The position numbers and the translations under genes were made by a program. A DNA stretch of 64,000 nucleotides from Felis catus. Its lineage: Eukaryota. The notes beneath the pieces were generated by a model that saw nothing but the letters and a program-made list of their open reading frames with translations, was not told where the DNA came from and did no database searches. The DNA lies in contig NC_058382.1 of NCBI RefSeq assembly GCF_018350175.1, forward strand, positions 49,788,001 to 49,852,000, given 5' to 3'. Numbering within the stretch: the first letter of the stretch is position 1; each line of letters starts with the position of its first letter. Shown piece after piece: positions 50,801-63,200 of the stretch.

Positions 50801-52159
50801 GTGTCCTGACTAAAACAGAGGGTTTATAAGATTAAAAGCAGTTAAAGCTACAAAGATAGGGGCGCCTGACTGGCTCAGTCAGTACAGCATGTGACTCTTG
50901 AGCTCAGGGTCATGACTTTAAGCCCCACATTGGGCGTGGAGACTACTTAAAAAAAAAAAAAAAAAAAAAAAAGCTACAAAGACAGATCGGATCACACTAT
51001 GGTGGGCTTTCAAGGCCAGACTAAAGACTTCAGTGTGAAAGCCCTAAAAGTACCATTAAAGGTTTTGAGCAGTAAAGGGTTGTCCGGACACTATTTCACA
51101 GGCCCCACCTTACACTCCCAATAGGAGTACAAACTAGAAAACCTTTCTGGAGGGTAATTTAGAAGGGTGTATCCAAGAAAGTCCAGTGTGCACACCTTTG
51201 CCACAGAGACTTTACTTCCAGGAATACATCCGACAGGAATACACATGCAGGCAAGGCCGGAGATAACAAGGGGTTCCCGGCAGCATTGTCTGTAATGGCA
51301 AAGACTAGATGCCAACTGTACGTCCATCAGTGTAGGACTTGTCAAACATGTTTTGGTGCAGCTACATAATGTAACATTTAAAATTTTTTTTATTTTTGAG
51401 AGAGAGACACACACACACAGAGAGTGCAAGTGGGGGAGGGGCAGAGGAGGAGGGTGACACAGAATCCGAAGCAGGCTCCAGGCTCTGAGCTGTCAGTACA
51501 GAGCCCAACACGGGGCTCGAACTCATGAACCGTGAGATCATGACGTGAGCTGAAGTTGGATGCTTAACTGCCTGGGCCACCCAGGCGCCCCTACATACTG
51601 TAACATTATACTATCATGTAAAAACATGGGATAGATCTTTATATACTGATGGGATAAGATGCCCAAGCCACAGTGGGAAGTAAAAAAAAAAAAAAAAAGT
51701 TCCAGAAGAGTGTACAGAAGACTCTGTTTTTATAAAAACAAAAGAAACAAACGTGTGCATAAGTCTATGAATTCGGAAAACAGTCTGGATGTAGGTGTAC
51801 TTAATAAATATTGAGGACATGTGCAGGCGCTGTTCTAAGTGCTTTACAAATCTTAACCAGTGCAATCTTCTAAACAACTCTGTGAGGCACATGATATCCC
51901 TGGCTCTTGGCTGAGGAAACAGAGGCAGAGGGAGGGAAGGAACTTGCCAGAGCCCACAGTGCCAGTGGGGGCTGAGGCAGAGCCCTATTGGGCCCCACGC
52001 ATGCTCCATGCTGGCAAGCTACAAAAGAGCCTTATTTCTGGGGAGTGGGATACGTTGGGGTAGGGCTAATGACAATTCACTTTTTACTTTGATTTTTCTT
52101 AAAAAGCTTTTCTAGCTGCTTACTGGCTTTTACAGAATTATTATTAAAAGAAAGTAGAA

Positions 52160-53549
52160 TGGCACAAAAACAGACACATAGACCAATGGAATAGAATAGA
52201 AACCCCAGAACTAGACCCACAAACGTATGGCCAACTCATCTTTGACAAAGCAGGAAAGAACATCCAATGGAAAAAAGACAGCCTCTTTAACAAATGGTGC
52301 TGGGAGAACTGGACAGCCACATGCAGAAGGTTGAAACTAGACCACTTTCTCACACCATTCACAAAAATAAACTCAAAATGGATAAAGGACCTAAATGTGA
52401 GACAGGAAACCATCAAAACCCTAGAGGAGAAAGCAGGAAAAGACCTCTCTGACCTCAGCCGTAGCAATCTCTTACTCGACACATCCCCAAAGGCAAGGGA
52501 ATTAAAAGCAAAAGTGAATTACTGGGACCTTATGAAGATAAAAGCTTCTGCACAGCAAAGGAAACAACCAACAAAACTAAAAGGCAACCAACGGAATGGG
52601 AAAAGATATTCGCAAATGACATATCGGACAAAGGGCTAGTATCCAAAATCTATAAAGAGCTCACCAAACTCCACACCCGAAAAACAAATAACCCAGTGAA
52701 GAAATGGGCAGAAAACATGAATAGACACTTCTCTAAAGAAGACATCCGGATGGCCAACAGGCACATGAAAAGATGTTCAGCGTCGCTCCTTATCAGGGAA
52801 ATACAAATCAAAACCACACTCAGGTATCACCTCACGCCAGTCAGAGTGGCCAAAATGAACAAATCAGGAGACTCTAGATGCTGGAGAGGATGTGGAGAAA
52901 CAGGAACCCTCTTGCACTGTTGGTGGGAATGCAAATTGGTGCAGCCGCTCTGGAAAGCAGTGTGGAGGTTCCTCAGAAAATTAAAAATAGACCTACCCTA
53001 TGACCCAGCAGTAGCACTGCTAGGAATTTATCCAAGGGATACAGGAGTACTGATGCATAGGGCCACTTGTACCCCAATGTTCATAGCAGCACTCTCAACA
53101 ATAGCCAAATTATGGAAAGAGCCTAAATGTCCATCAACTGATGAATGGATAAAGAAATTGTGGTTTATATACACAATGGAATATTACGTGGCAATGAGAA
53201 AAAATGAAATATGGCCTTTTGTAGCAACGTGGATGGAACTGGAGAGTGTGATGCTAAGTGAAATAAGCCATACAGAGAAAGACAGATACCATATGGTTTC
53301 ACTCTTATGTGGATCCTGAGAAACTTAACAGGAACCCATGGGGGAGGGGAAGGAAAAAACAAAACAAAACAGGTTAGAGTGGGAGAGAGCCAAAGCATAA
53401 GAGACTCTTAAAAACTGAGAACAAACTGAGGGTTGATGGGGGGTGGGAGGGGGGAGAGGGTGGGTGATGGGTATTGAGGAGGGCACCTTTTGGGATGAGC
53501 ACTGGGTGTTGTATGGAAACCAATTTGTCAATAAATTTCATATAAAAAA
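52160..53549 (+). mobile_element. Young 5'-truncated felid LINE-1 (ORF2 C-terminus + 3' UTR + polyA) in TMEM170A intron 1, antisense to the gene
   Basis: Reads [14 protein letters not shown]...[26 protein letters not shown]...stop at 53319, with one frameshift near 52540. G-rich 3' UTR. Perfect 14-bp TSD AAAAGAAAGTAGAA (52146-52159 and 53550-53563) at a TT|AAAA site. Confidence 0.95.
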
Positions 53550-53921
53550 AAAAGAAAGTAGAAAAAGAAGAAAAAAGGCTTTTGTTTCCAAAAGAACAGT
53601 TTGGGAAGGTTGGTGGGATTGGAATGAACAATTACAGAAACGACGAGGAGCACTAACTGGCTTGGGGAGCGTGGACACCGGGAAGGGCAGGACCAGGGGC
53701 TCTTCTGCAAGCTGTATCTGAAGCTGCATCTGAAACAGTCCTAAGAATTGACTGCTGTGCGGGGGCGCCGGGGGGCTCAGACGGTTGGGCAGTTGATCGT
53801 CAGACTCCATTTCAGTTCTGACTGTGATTTCACAATTCGTGAGATCGATCCCCATGTGACAGCACGGAGCCTGCTTGGGATCCTCTCCTTCTGTGTCCCT
53901 CCCCCACTCACTCTTCACTCT

Positions 53922-53957
<36 letters not shown>

Positions 53958-56399
53958 ATTACTGCTGTGCATGTTTCCTTCCCAATTTCTTATTCTTGTT
54001 GTGGGTGGCAGCCAAATGCCCCCAAGCCACCCTTGGCATTGTCACCGATGGCTATACTAATTCTTTGCTCAATTTGACTCACCTAAAGCTTCAATTAACA
54101 CTATATTCGACACATACCTGAATTAGGACACCTAGTTCATGCTTTGAATGAAAGTATCAGGTGTGCCCCATCTAGGGCTCAATGCTTATTAAAAATAACA
54201 AACGACTGAGGGTGTTTTGGCACTTTTGCTCTGGTGAAAAACAGATTGCTATAAAAAGTTTCAAACCGTTTGTGAGACTTTTTTTTTTACCCCCCGCCGA
54301 ACAAGATCTATCTTCAGAAAAATTTCATAATACTGTTGAAACTGGTCTGTTTGACAGGGTTTGCCAAATTCTGCTAAGCCAAGTTAGATCATGAAATATG
54401 GGGCATAAAGCGATTACATAGTAAGGTCCCAAACTTAAAAACTAAATATATGTAACATAAAGAGCTAATATATGTAAAAATACAGTGTCCAGAAACCGCC
54501 CCTCGAATACGTGTGCCCCCACCAGAGCTCTGGTTCCCACACACCTCTCCTGCACCCCGGCTCAGTGACAGCAGCTTGGTCTTTTCAGCCTAAGCCCCCT
54601 CGCACTCCACCGCCGCCAGCTTGACCCCACGCCATGGCACAGAACCATGCTGTCCCCTTCCAAAGCAGTAACCCCATCTTCAATCCCACAGTCCTCACCC
54701 GCTACTCCCCAAATCACGTGGAGACTCTGACCTCTATCCCACCACCGAGCGTGTGAAATTCTATGATGGCACCAGGAACGCCAGCGTCCCAGGGTGGACA
54801 ATGGGATGCAAAATCTGCCTCTGAGAACTCAGAGCAGTTGCCATTCTGGCTGCTGGCTGCCACAACGGACTTCAGACCCCGCCACTGAGCCGACACTCCT
54901 CTCGGGCCCTGCTGGAGCTCCCCAAGTTTTAGAGGTAAGCACTGCTCTCTGGAGCAACTCAAGGCGGTGCTGGAGCCGGGCTTCATACTGGACGCCACGG
55001 CACCATCAGGGCATTGAGCTGGGAGGTGAGGCCTTGATCTGCCAGAGACATACCAAATTGATAACTGCATAAAAGTGGGTCCGAGAGGATCGAGGCCTGA
55101 TGAGAAAGGAAGAGAGACCTCTCTCTCTGTCTCTCACTCTCTCTCCCTGCCATGTGAGGACATAGCAAGAAGGCAGCCTAAGAGGGCCCTCACCACAGCA
55201 TGGCCATCCAGGCTCCAAAACTGTGAGAAAATAAGTTTTTAATTTAAAAAAATTTTTTTAAAGTTTATTCATTTTTGAGAGATAAAGGGAGACAGTATGG
55301 GTGGGGGAGGAGCACCAAGAGAGAGGGAGACACAGAATCCGAAGCAAGCTCCAGGCTCTGAGCTGTCAGCACAGAGCCCAGTGTGGGGCTCAAACTCACA
55401 AACCGTGAGACCATGACCTGAGCCAGAGTCAGGAGCTTAATGGACTGAGCCACTTAAACCACTTCAGCCTAGGGGCATCTGGGTGGCTCAGTCGGTTAAG
55501 CGTCCAACTTCAGCTCAGGTCATGATCTCGCAGTCTGTGATTTCGAGCCCTGCGTCGGTCTCTGTGCTGACAGCTCAGAGCCTGGAGCCTGCTTCGGATT
55601 CTGTGTCTCCCTCTCTCTGCCCCTCCCCTGCTCATGCTCTGTCTCTCTCTGTCTCAAAAATAAATAAAAACATTAAAAAAAATTAAAAAAAAAACTTCAC
55701 CCTATGGCATTTTGTTACAGCAGCCTAAAACACCAACCCTCACTCCTTCCCTATTTTCCTGGTGCACAGCACCTGCCTGAGGAGGACTGCTAGGCTACCA
55801 ACCCACATCTCAATTTTCCTGAAAGCTGAGAAGCCTATTTGTAAACAAGGTGTGGCACAGCAGGTCAGCACTTCCGGAGTTTCTGAGAAGGGGAAGCATA
55901 CCGCACGCACCCTCCTACAACCTTGAGCTGCATCCATTAGCTCCATCAGTGCCTACAAATCTTATAGAACATCACTTAAGTCACATTAAGGAGGAAAAAA
56001 AGGGCTTTATTATGTTAGGTGAGTAGTCTAGTTTACAAAACACTTTTCAGATGGATGAGATTATTAAAGGACTCTTAATAGCAAAGGCAAACCCCAATCA
56101 ATAAAACACTTAAAAAAAAACTAAGCGATTTCCCTTTAACCTACTGCACCTTAATTTGCTATCTACGTAATAGCTACTTATGGATCATCACATAGTACTT
56201 TTCATTTCTTCGGTTCAATATGCTGTCAAAAATCTGTGTCTACATATCTTACAGTATTTCTTTGTTCGCTATTTCAAATCAAGCGCATTATCTTCAGCTT
56301 TGCTTACTCTGACGGCTGAAGTCCTAGCACTGCCTGATGTTGAAGTATAAATCAGAAAATTAATCTGCAACAAAAAATTATACGGGGCAATCAGATTAA

Positions 56400-56825
56400 G
56401 CACTGGTGACAGACTGGGCTCCAAAGATGTCCACACACTCATCCCCAGAGCCCATGAATAGGTGGCAAAGGCAGTTTGCAGAGGTGATTAGGTCAGGAGT
56501 CCTGGGATAGGTGAGTAGACTGGCTTTTCCAAGTGGGCCTAATGTAATCACAAGGGTGCTTGTAGGAGGAGGCAGGAGGGTTGGAGACACAGTGCTTGGA
56601 AGATGCTATGCTTCTGGCTTTAAAGATGAAGGAAGGGGGCGAGAGGCAAGGAATGCAGGTGACCTGTAGAAGACGGAAGAGGCAAGAAAACCAATTCTTC
56701 TTAGAGCCTTCAGAAGGAAGGCAGCATTGCTGACCCATTTTGGATTTCAGGCCTCCAGAACTCTACGATGTTTGAAGCCACTAAATTGTGGTAAGTTGTT
56801 GCTGTGTCAATAGCAAACAAATACA
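56400..56825 (+). mobile_element. MaLR LTR (MLT1C/D-like)
   Basis: CCAAAGATGTCCAC...GTGGGCCTAATGTAATCACAAGGGT...GCCACTAAATTGTGGTAAGTTGTT...ATAGCAAACAAATACA pattern. Confidence 0.7.
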
Positions 56826-57439
56826 AGCGCCAAGAGTTTATTCTTTCAACAATCAAGTATTTACTGAGCCCATCCCCTATGTCAGGCACTTGAGTGAAAC
56901 AAAACAAGACAAACATGCTGCCCACAAGGAGCTTATTACCTTTAAGAATCTGTTTTTCAGACAGATGGTTCAGTTAAAGGGATAAGCCACACAGACTGCA
57001 GATTCCTCTAGGTGAGTTCTTTATTAACAGAAAGGGTTTGTAATGGCTGGCTCCCTATCTAATCTCCACAACTGAGTCAACCAACTTCTAAGCAAGGCCT
57101 CAAGACCAACCAGGCCCCAGTCAGAGAAGCAGAAGAAGCCTAAGCCAAGTGGGCAGGGTGAGGCTCAGCACTCAGCCATCCTTTTAGCTGGCCCCACTCT
57201 ATCTTATGTTCCAGGTCAAACAACCGAATGAACAAGGTCAGCTTCTCTGAAGCCAGGGTTCTAAGGGAACCTGGGAACTGTAGTCCTACCTGGTCCTGCA
57301 ACTCAGTGCTGGACTGCCTTCACACTCATTGCCCATCAGCCTACATCTCTCCACACTGCCCACTGTGAGACCCCTCTCTTACTGAACCCCACCTACCCAC
57401 CATGGGGTCTATCTGGTCCCCTGCAAAATCAAATACATA

Positions 57440-58680
57440 TATATCGGTTACTGCCCCCAGTTCCTGACAGAGCTCCTAAAACCCTTTAAATAATGGTGCT
57501 AAGTGTCAGTTGCTTAAGTGTCCAACTTCGGCTCAGGTCACGATCTCACGGTTTGTGAGTTCGAGCCCTGCATCGGGCACTGTGCTGAAAGCTCAGAGCC
57601 TGGAGCCTGCTCTCTGCCCCTCCTCCTCTTGCACTCTGCCGCACCCCCCTCTCAAATAAACAAACATTTAAAAATTTTTTTAAGAAAAAAATAATGGTGC
57701 TAGAAAATATTCTGTTCTCATATTTAGTCTTTTATTATTTTTTTAAACATTTATTTTTGAGAGACAGAGCATGAGCAGGGGGAGGGGCAGAGACAAAAGA
57801 AGACACAGAATCTGAAGCAGGCTCCAGGCTCTGAACTGTCAGCACTGAGCCCGACGGGGGGCTCAAACTCATGCACCTGTGAGATCATGACAGGACCCTC
57901 AACTGACTGAGCCACCCAGGCACCCCCTAATATTTACTCTCTGACCCTGGTTTCTGACACAGAACTTCCAAATCCCTTGGAATTTCCAGGCACCTCTTTT
58001 GTTCGCAGAAGGCACTCTTGGTAGGCTCCAGGATGGTCACCAGAAAGCCATGATTATAAGCATGGAACTTTCAGCCCCACCCTCCATCCTCTGGAAAGGG
58101 AGAAGGGTTGGAAGTGGAGTTAATAATCAATCATGTGTACGTGATTAATCCTCCATATAATCCCCAAAGCAGGGAGTTCAGAGAACTTCCGGGTTTGGTG
58201 ACTACACCTATGTCCTGGGAGGGTGGCAGGCCCCAGCTCCACAGGGACAGAAGCTCCTTTGTTCAGAATCCCTTCTGAATTCACCCTATGTAACTCTTTA
58301 TCTGGTGTTCATTTGTATCCTTTAATATCCTGTGTAATAAACTGATTTAGTAGGTAAAGTATTTTCCTGGGTTCTGTGACCTACTCTAGAAAATTAACTG
58401 AACCAAGGAAGAGGGTGATAGGAACCTCCAACTTAGAGCCGGCCGGTCAGAAGCACAGCCAACCACCTAGACTTCTGACTGGCATACAAACTGGGGAAAC
58501 TGAGCCCTTTACCTGTGGGATCTAGTGTTAACTCCAGGTAGACAGAGTAGGAACTGAACTTCAGGACACCCAACTAGTGTCACAGAATTGGTAGACGTGT
58601 AGAAAACCCTACGATCAGTATCAGAATGTGTTGAACGTGGGAGTAGTGTGAGAATAAAGGAAAGCAGGGAGTTTTCCCCA
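57440..58680 (+). mobile_element. MER21-like LTR interrupted by two SINEs
   Basis: TGCCCCCAGTTCCTGACAGAGCTCCTAAAACCC, TTTCAGCCCCACC, AATAAA and CTGAGCCCTTTACCTGTGGGATCT...AACTCCAGGTAGA blocks recalled as MER21. Confidence 0.65.
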
Positions 58681-60339
58681 AAAGACCTTTCCACTCCTCC
58701 TTAACAGTGATGGCCTTCCCACCAGGACTGCCCGCTGCGGGCTGTCACCTCTTCTGACACCACTGCCTGACTGCCTGCTCACTGCTGGTTTCTGAGTGTA
58801 ACCCTCTGGCCTGTCTCACTCCAGCGGCCTCTTGGTCCTGATCTGGCCTTCCGTCTATTCACACAAAGCCAGAAAATCAGTGCTAAAGGATATGAAGTAC
58901 ATTGGGAGGGGTTGTTTTATTATTATTTTTTTTATCTGAGAGAGCGCAAACACAAGCGAGGGAGAGGGGTAGAGGGAGAGAGAGAGAAAGATGGATAATC
59001 TTAAGCAGACTCAATGCTCAGCGTAGAGCCCAACGTGGGGCCTGAGCCCACAATCCTGGGATCATGACCTGAGCCGAAATCAAGAGTTGGACGCTCAACT
59101 GACTAAGCCACACCAGCGCCCCAAGGATGAGGTTTCTTGTTGGGGTGATAAAATATTCTAAAGTTACTTGTGATGATGGGTGCAAACTCTGCAGATGCTA
59201 AAAACCACTGAATTGAACACTCAGGAGTTGGTCAAATCATCCGTCCTCTGCTCAAAACCCTCCCATACCACCCTCTAGGAGGTGACCTCACCTCTTCCTC
59301 CCTGCTTTGTCCACAATGTAGCGTCCTCCATGGTGGCCTTCTTTATGTTTCCTAAGTAAACTCCTGAGCCAGGGCTCTGAACCTGCTGTGTCGTTGTCCA
59401 GAAGCTTCTCCCAACAGCTGCATGGCTCGTGCCTCACGTCCCTCAGATTGCAGCTCCAATAGCATCATCATCAAGAGCTTCCTCATGAACCTAAGTAACG
59501 GCATTCCCCCACCTGACGCACAAGACCTGCCACTTACTATCTCCCTCCTGTCTGACAACACCAGCTCTTCCTTTCCATACTTTCATTTTCTCTCTATCCT
59601 CCTTTGTTTCGCTCACTACACATCTTTACTTGGTACCTAGAAAATAATAGGCAGGCAACAGACACTTGAGTAAATACTTACTGAGTGAATGAATAAATAA
59701 CTGGTCTTGAGTGGGACCCATTCTTGGCTCCGGCAACGGCACAACCAAACCCTAGGTAGGTTTCAGTTTAACTATCACAGGACACGCTTTAACACTGCCA
59801 TTAATAAAGATTCCTACCTTCAGAAAGTTCGTATCATTCCTGCTAAAAGACAAGATCTGCCTTTCAGATTTGCTAAAAAACGATGACAAAAGAAATCTGA
59901 ACAACCTGGAATAGGGAGGGTTAGGCAGCAGTCTAAACGGCTAAATTGCATCTGCAGGTGAAAAAAATCAATTCAAAGCTTCCTGATGGTGACAGACCAC
60001 AGAGTATTTTAGAGCAACGATTTTGCCATATTGACTTGTCGTAAAGTGCAAGTAGCCTTTTCTGTGAGGCCAAAACAAATAATTCCAGATTCAGGTCAAT
60101 GAATAGAACTCACTGTAAGCAGGCTTTGGTGCCTCAAAAAGGATCAAATTCCACGTACCTATAACATCCATTAGTCCAGTTAAAGATGAGACACAGCAGG
60201 GACACAGTGTTTACCCATCCCATTCTGATCAACTTCAGATCAAGGGCTATATCTCATGTATGTTTATATCCCAAGCCCAGAGCCTGCACTGGGCCCAATG
60301 TATACTTGCTGAATATGAATGAATAGTTCCCCCAAATTT

Positions 60340-60396
60340 TATATATATATAAAATATCTCAATATCTCTCTCTCTATATATATATATATAATATCT

Positions 60397-60436
<40 letters not shown>
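60340..60436. repeat. Interrupted (TA)n microsatellite
   Basis: Three TA runs separated by ATATCTC(AAT) units. Confidence 0.9.
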
Positions 60437-60438
<2 letters not shown>

Positions 60439-62049
60439 ATAGAACTGCCCATAAACTCATGTGGCAGTTTCCTGTTTTCAGAATACTTTCTGAAAGCAAA
60501 ACAATTCTCATAGCTGTCATAGCTGCTATGACATAATGTCTAACTACTGTCCCAAATCCACTTATCTCGATCTTAAAGAAAAGGCAACTAAAAGATAGAC
60601 AGACTGGAGAATATTCAGCTCCAAAGTATCACCTCACATATGACTTATCGCAAAAGGATTAAGGTACCCTTTCAGCAGAGAGATCCGATAAACACCACCT
60701 TCACCAAATGATTATTGACAGCAGTGTTAGTAAAGGTACACCGTGATGTTAAAGGTCTCCTGATATAATGCACTGGGAAGTGGACATCACCTGTCTAGAT
60801 AGGATTCTAAACAAAAATGTTTAATCTGAATGTAAGCATGAAAAAAATGATCGATAAACTTAAATTATAGGACATTCTATGAAATTAGGCTGGACTCTTC
60901 AAAAATGTGAAGGAACAAAGATGGAGTAACTGTTCTAGATTCACGGAGACTAAAGAGACATGGCAACTAAATGCACAGTGTGATCCTGGATTAGATCTGG
61001 GTTTTTTCGTGTTTGGTTTTTTTAAAGAAAAAAGCTATGTGGGGAGCCTGGGTGGCTCGGTTGGTTAAGCATCAGAATTCAGCTGAGGTCGTGATCTCGC
61101 GGTCTGTGAGTTGGAGCTCCGCGTTGGGCTCTGTGCTGAGAGCTCAGAGCCTGGAGCTTGCTTTGGGTTCTGTGCCTCCCTCTCTTCTGCCCCTCCCCTG
61201 CTCACTCTCTGTCTCTCTCTCTCTCTGAAAAATAAACATTAAAAAATTAAATAAATTTAAAAAAAGATACATGCTGAAGTATTAGGCATGAAGCATCATC
61301 ACTTCGGTAACTTCCTTTCTAATGGGTCTGCAGAAAATAAAAATGTTGTGTGCGTGTGTGTATGTATGTATATACACAATTCACACACACATATATGCAT
61401 ATAGAGATAAAGCAAAAGAATGAAAATGTTAATAATGAGTCGAAGTAAAGTACTTCAATGTATCAGTATGTTTGAAAATTTCAAAATAAGGAAACACAAA
61501 CAGACTAATCTGGTCCAGCAGAACCTCCAGACTGTGTGTACATTGCATTTTTCATAGTGTGTCCAGAATGCCATAGATTTGTTGTCACGGTCAAATGTGC
61601 TCTTAGTACCTTTTGAAACAACGTGAGCTGCCAGATTATCATTTTAGCTAGAGTTCCAAACTAACATCTGCATCTGCCCCAACGTGGTTATTATCATCAG
61701 CTGTCCCACAAAGCTGTCAGGGAAACTACTAGGCAGGTAAATACACCCCAAGTCCCGGGGGTCCTCTGAATGGCGCCCGGCAGTCGCTTCCCCGTGGAAG
61801 AGAAATCACAGGTGCCTTGTTTATGACTGCAGTCAGTAAGTAATCCAATCGTTCTTCTTTTGCAGGTCCCTGGCCCAGTTCTGAATTGTTTACTCCCAGT
61901 CACCTTTGCCGGACAACCCAACCTCACCCTTCCATCGCCACTGTTCTGTCTCCTGGCCTTTTAAAGGTCCAACACAGAACTGCGCCCTCCCCTCAAAGCC
62001 TTTATGAGCCTTCCCCAGTCATTTCTGCTCCTCTCAGTTTTCTGAGCAT

Positions 62050-63200
62050 CGACAGCTTTCTACCTTCTTACAATTTTGAAAAAACCCTTACATCAGGCCC
62101 AGCAGAAGCTCCGGCGGGCGTTAAGGAGAGTGAAAACGCATCTGTGTCAGAGATCTCGAACGCGGGAATGGGGAATTCGGCAACAGGTCTCAGAAAGTGA
62201 TTCCTCGAAAGAGAAGCTGGCGGAGTGGGTGCGTTTGGACGCAGGTGGGAGCGATCGGCAGACAACCCGGGGGCACCCGGGGCTGGGGCGAAATTACACA
62301 CCAGGGCAGCGCGGAGTGCCGACCGCCCCTCATCCCGGCCGGGACGGTTCGGCGTCCGAGCTGCAAGAGCCGCGCGGCCGGCGCGGACCACAGCGGCCAG
62401 GCGCCTCGAGCCCCTAACTAGCAGGCGCGACCGCCTCCGGGGCTCTGTCGGGTCCCGGTCTGACCCTGGAGCTTCTGGAAACTACAAACAGCAACATCAC
62501 CTCGGGTGGAGGCCGAGCTCCCTCCAGTGACGGGTCCACTCGCGGCCGCTCCCTCCGCTCTAGCCCCCAGAGCAGAGTCGGAATGGTCCGCCAGAGTTGC
62601 CGGCGGGGAAGCGACGGAGGAAGAGCTACATCCCCCAGCTCCCCGCCGAGGGAGCGGGAACCCTCCTTCCAGGAGGGATACAGCCCCGACAAAGTGGGAC
62701 AGCGGGGCGAAGAGGACACCGCCGCGAGGGAAGGGGCGCCCCCCGGCCGGGCGGCGGCGACGGAGCGCAGAGTGCGCAAGCGCGGGGCGGGGCGGGGCCG
62801 GTACCTGGGAAAGAGCAGAGAGAAGTGGAGTTGGGGCACAGGGTCCCGTTGCCCACCCGCGGCACGAGCTTCAGGCTGAGGATCTGCTGTAGGAGCCCGG
62901 CCGACCCTCCGCTGCCGCCGCTCCCCTCGTGCTCCATCCCGCCGCCATTCACCGCAGAGAGATGTGGGGGAGCGTCCGAAGTGCTGCCGAGGCTCGCTCG
63001 CTCTCACTCACAGACCAAAGCGCTCTCTGACTCTACCTCCTCAGCGTCACCCTCGGATGGGGCCCTCTTCCTCCCACCTCAACGGCTCAGCCAAGTGATG
63101 GGACCTTCCTCCAATCACAGGACGCTGCAGATGGCAGAGGCGGGGCGAGAATTGTTCCCTCCCCTGACGTTGCGTACGGCTCACCGAAACCTGGCACCCT
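62050..63200. promoter_or_regulatory. CpG island / TMEM170A promoter
   Basis: GC/CpG-rich block around exon 1. CCAAT at 63111-63115, GC box GGCGGGGCG at ~63139, CRE-like TGACGT at 63165-63170. Confidence 0.85.
62805..62937 (-). CDS. TMEM170A: TMEM170A coding exon 1
   Basis: GGGATGG strong Kozak context; MEHEGSGGSGGSAGLLQQILSLKLVPRVGNGTLCPNSTSLCSFP(E). 133 nt, GTACCG donor, CpG island. Confidence 0.96.

Noticed and set aside
52144..53398. ORFs of 102, 112 and 207 aa as host genes
   Set aside because: Fragments of L1 ORF2 and its antisense; 5'-truncated, no promoter, frameshifted.
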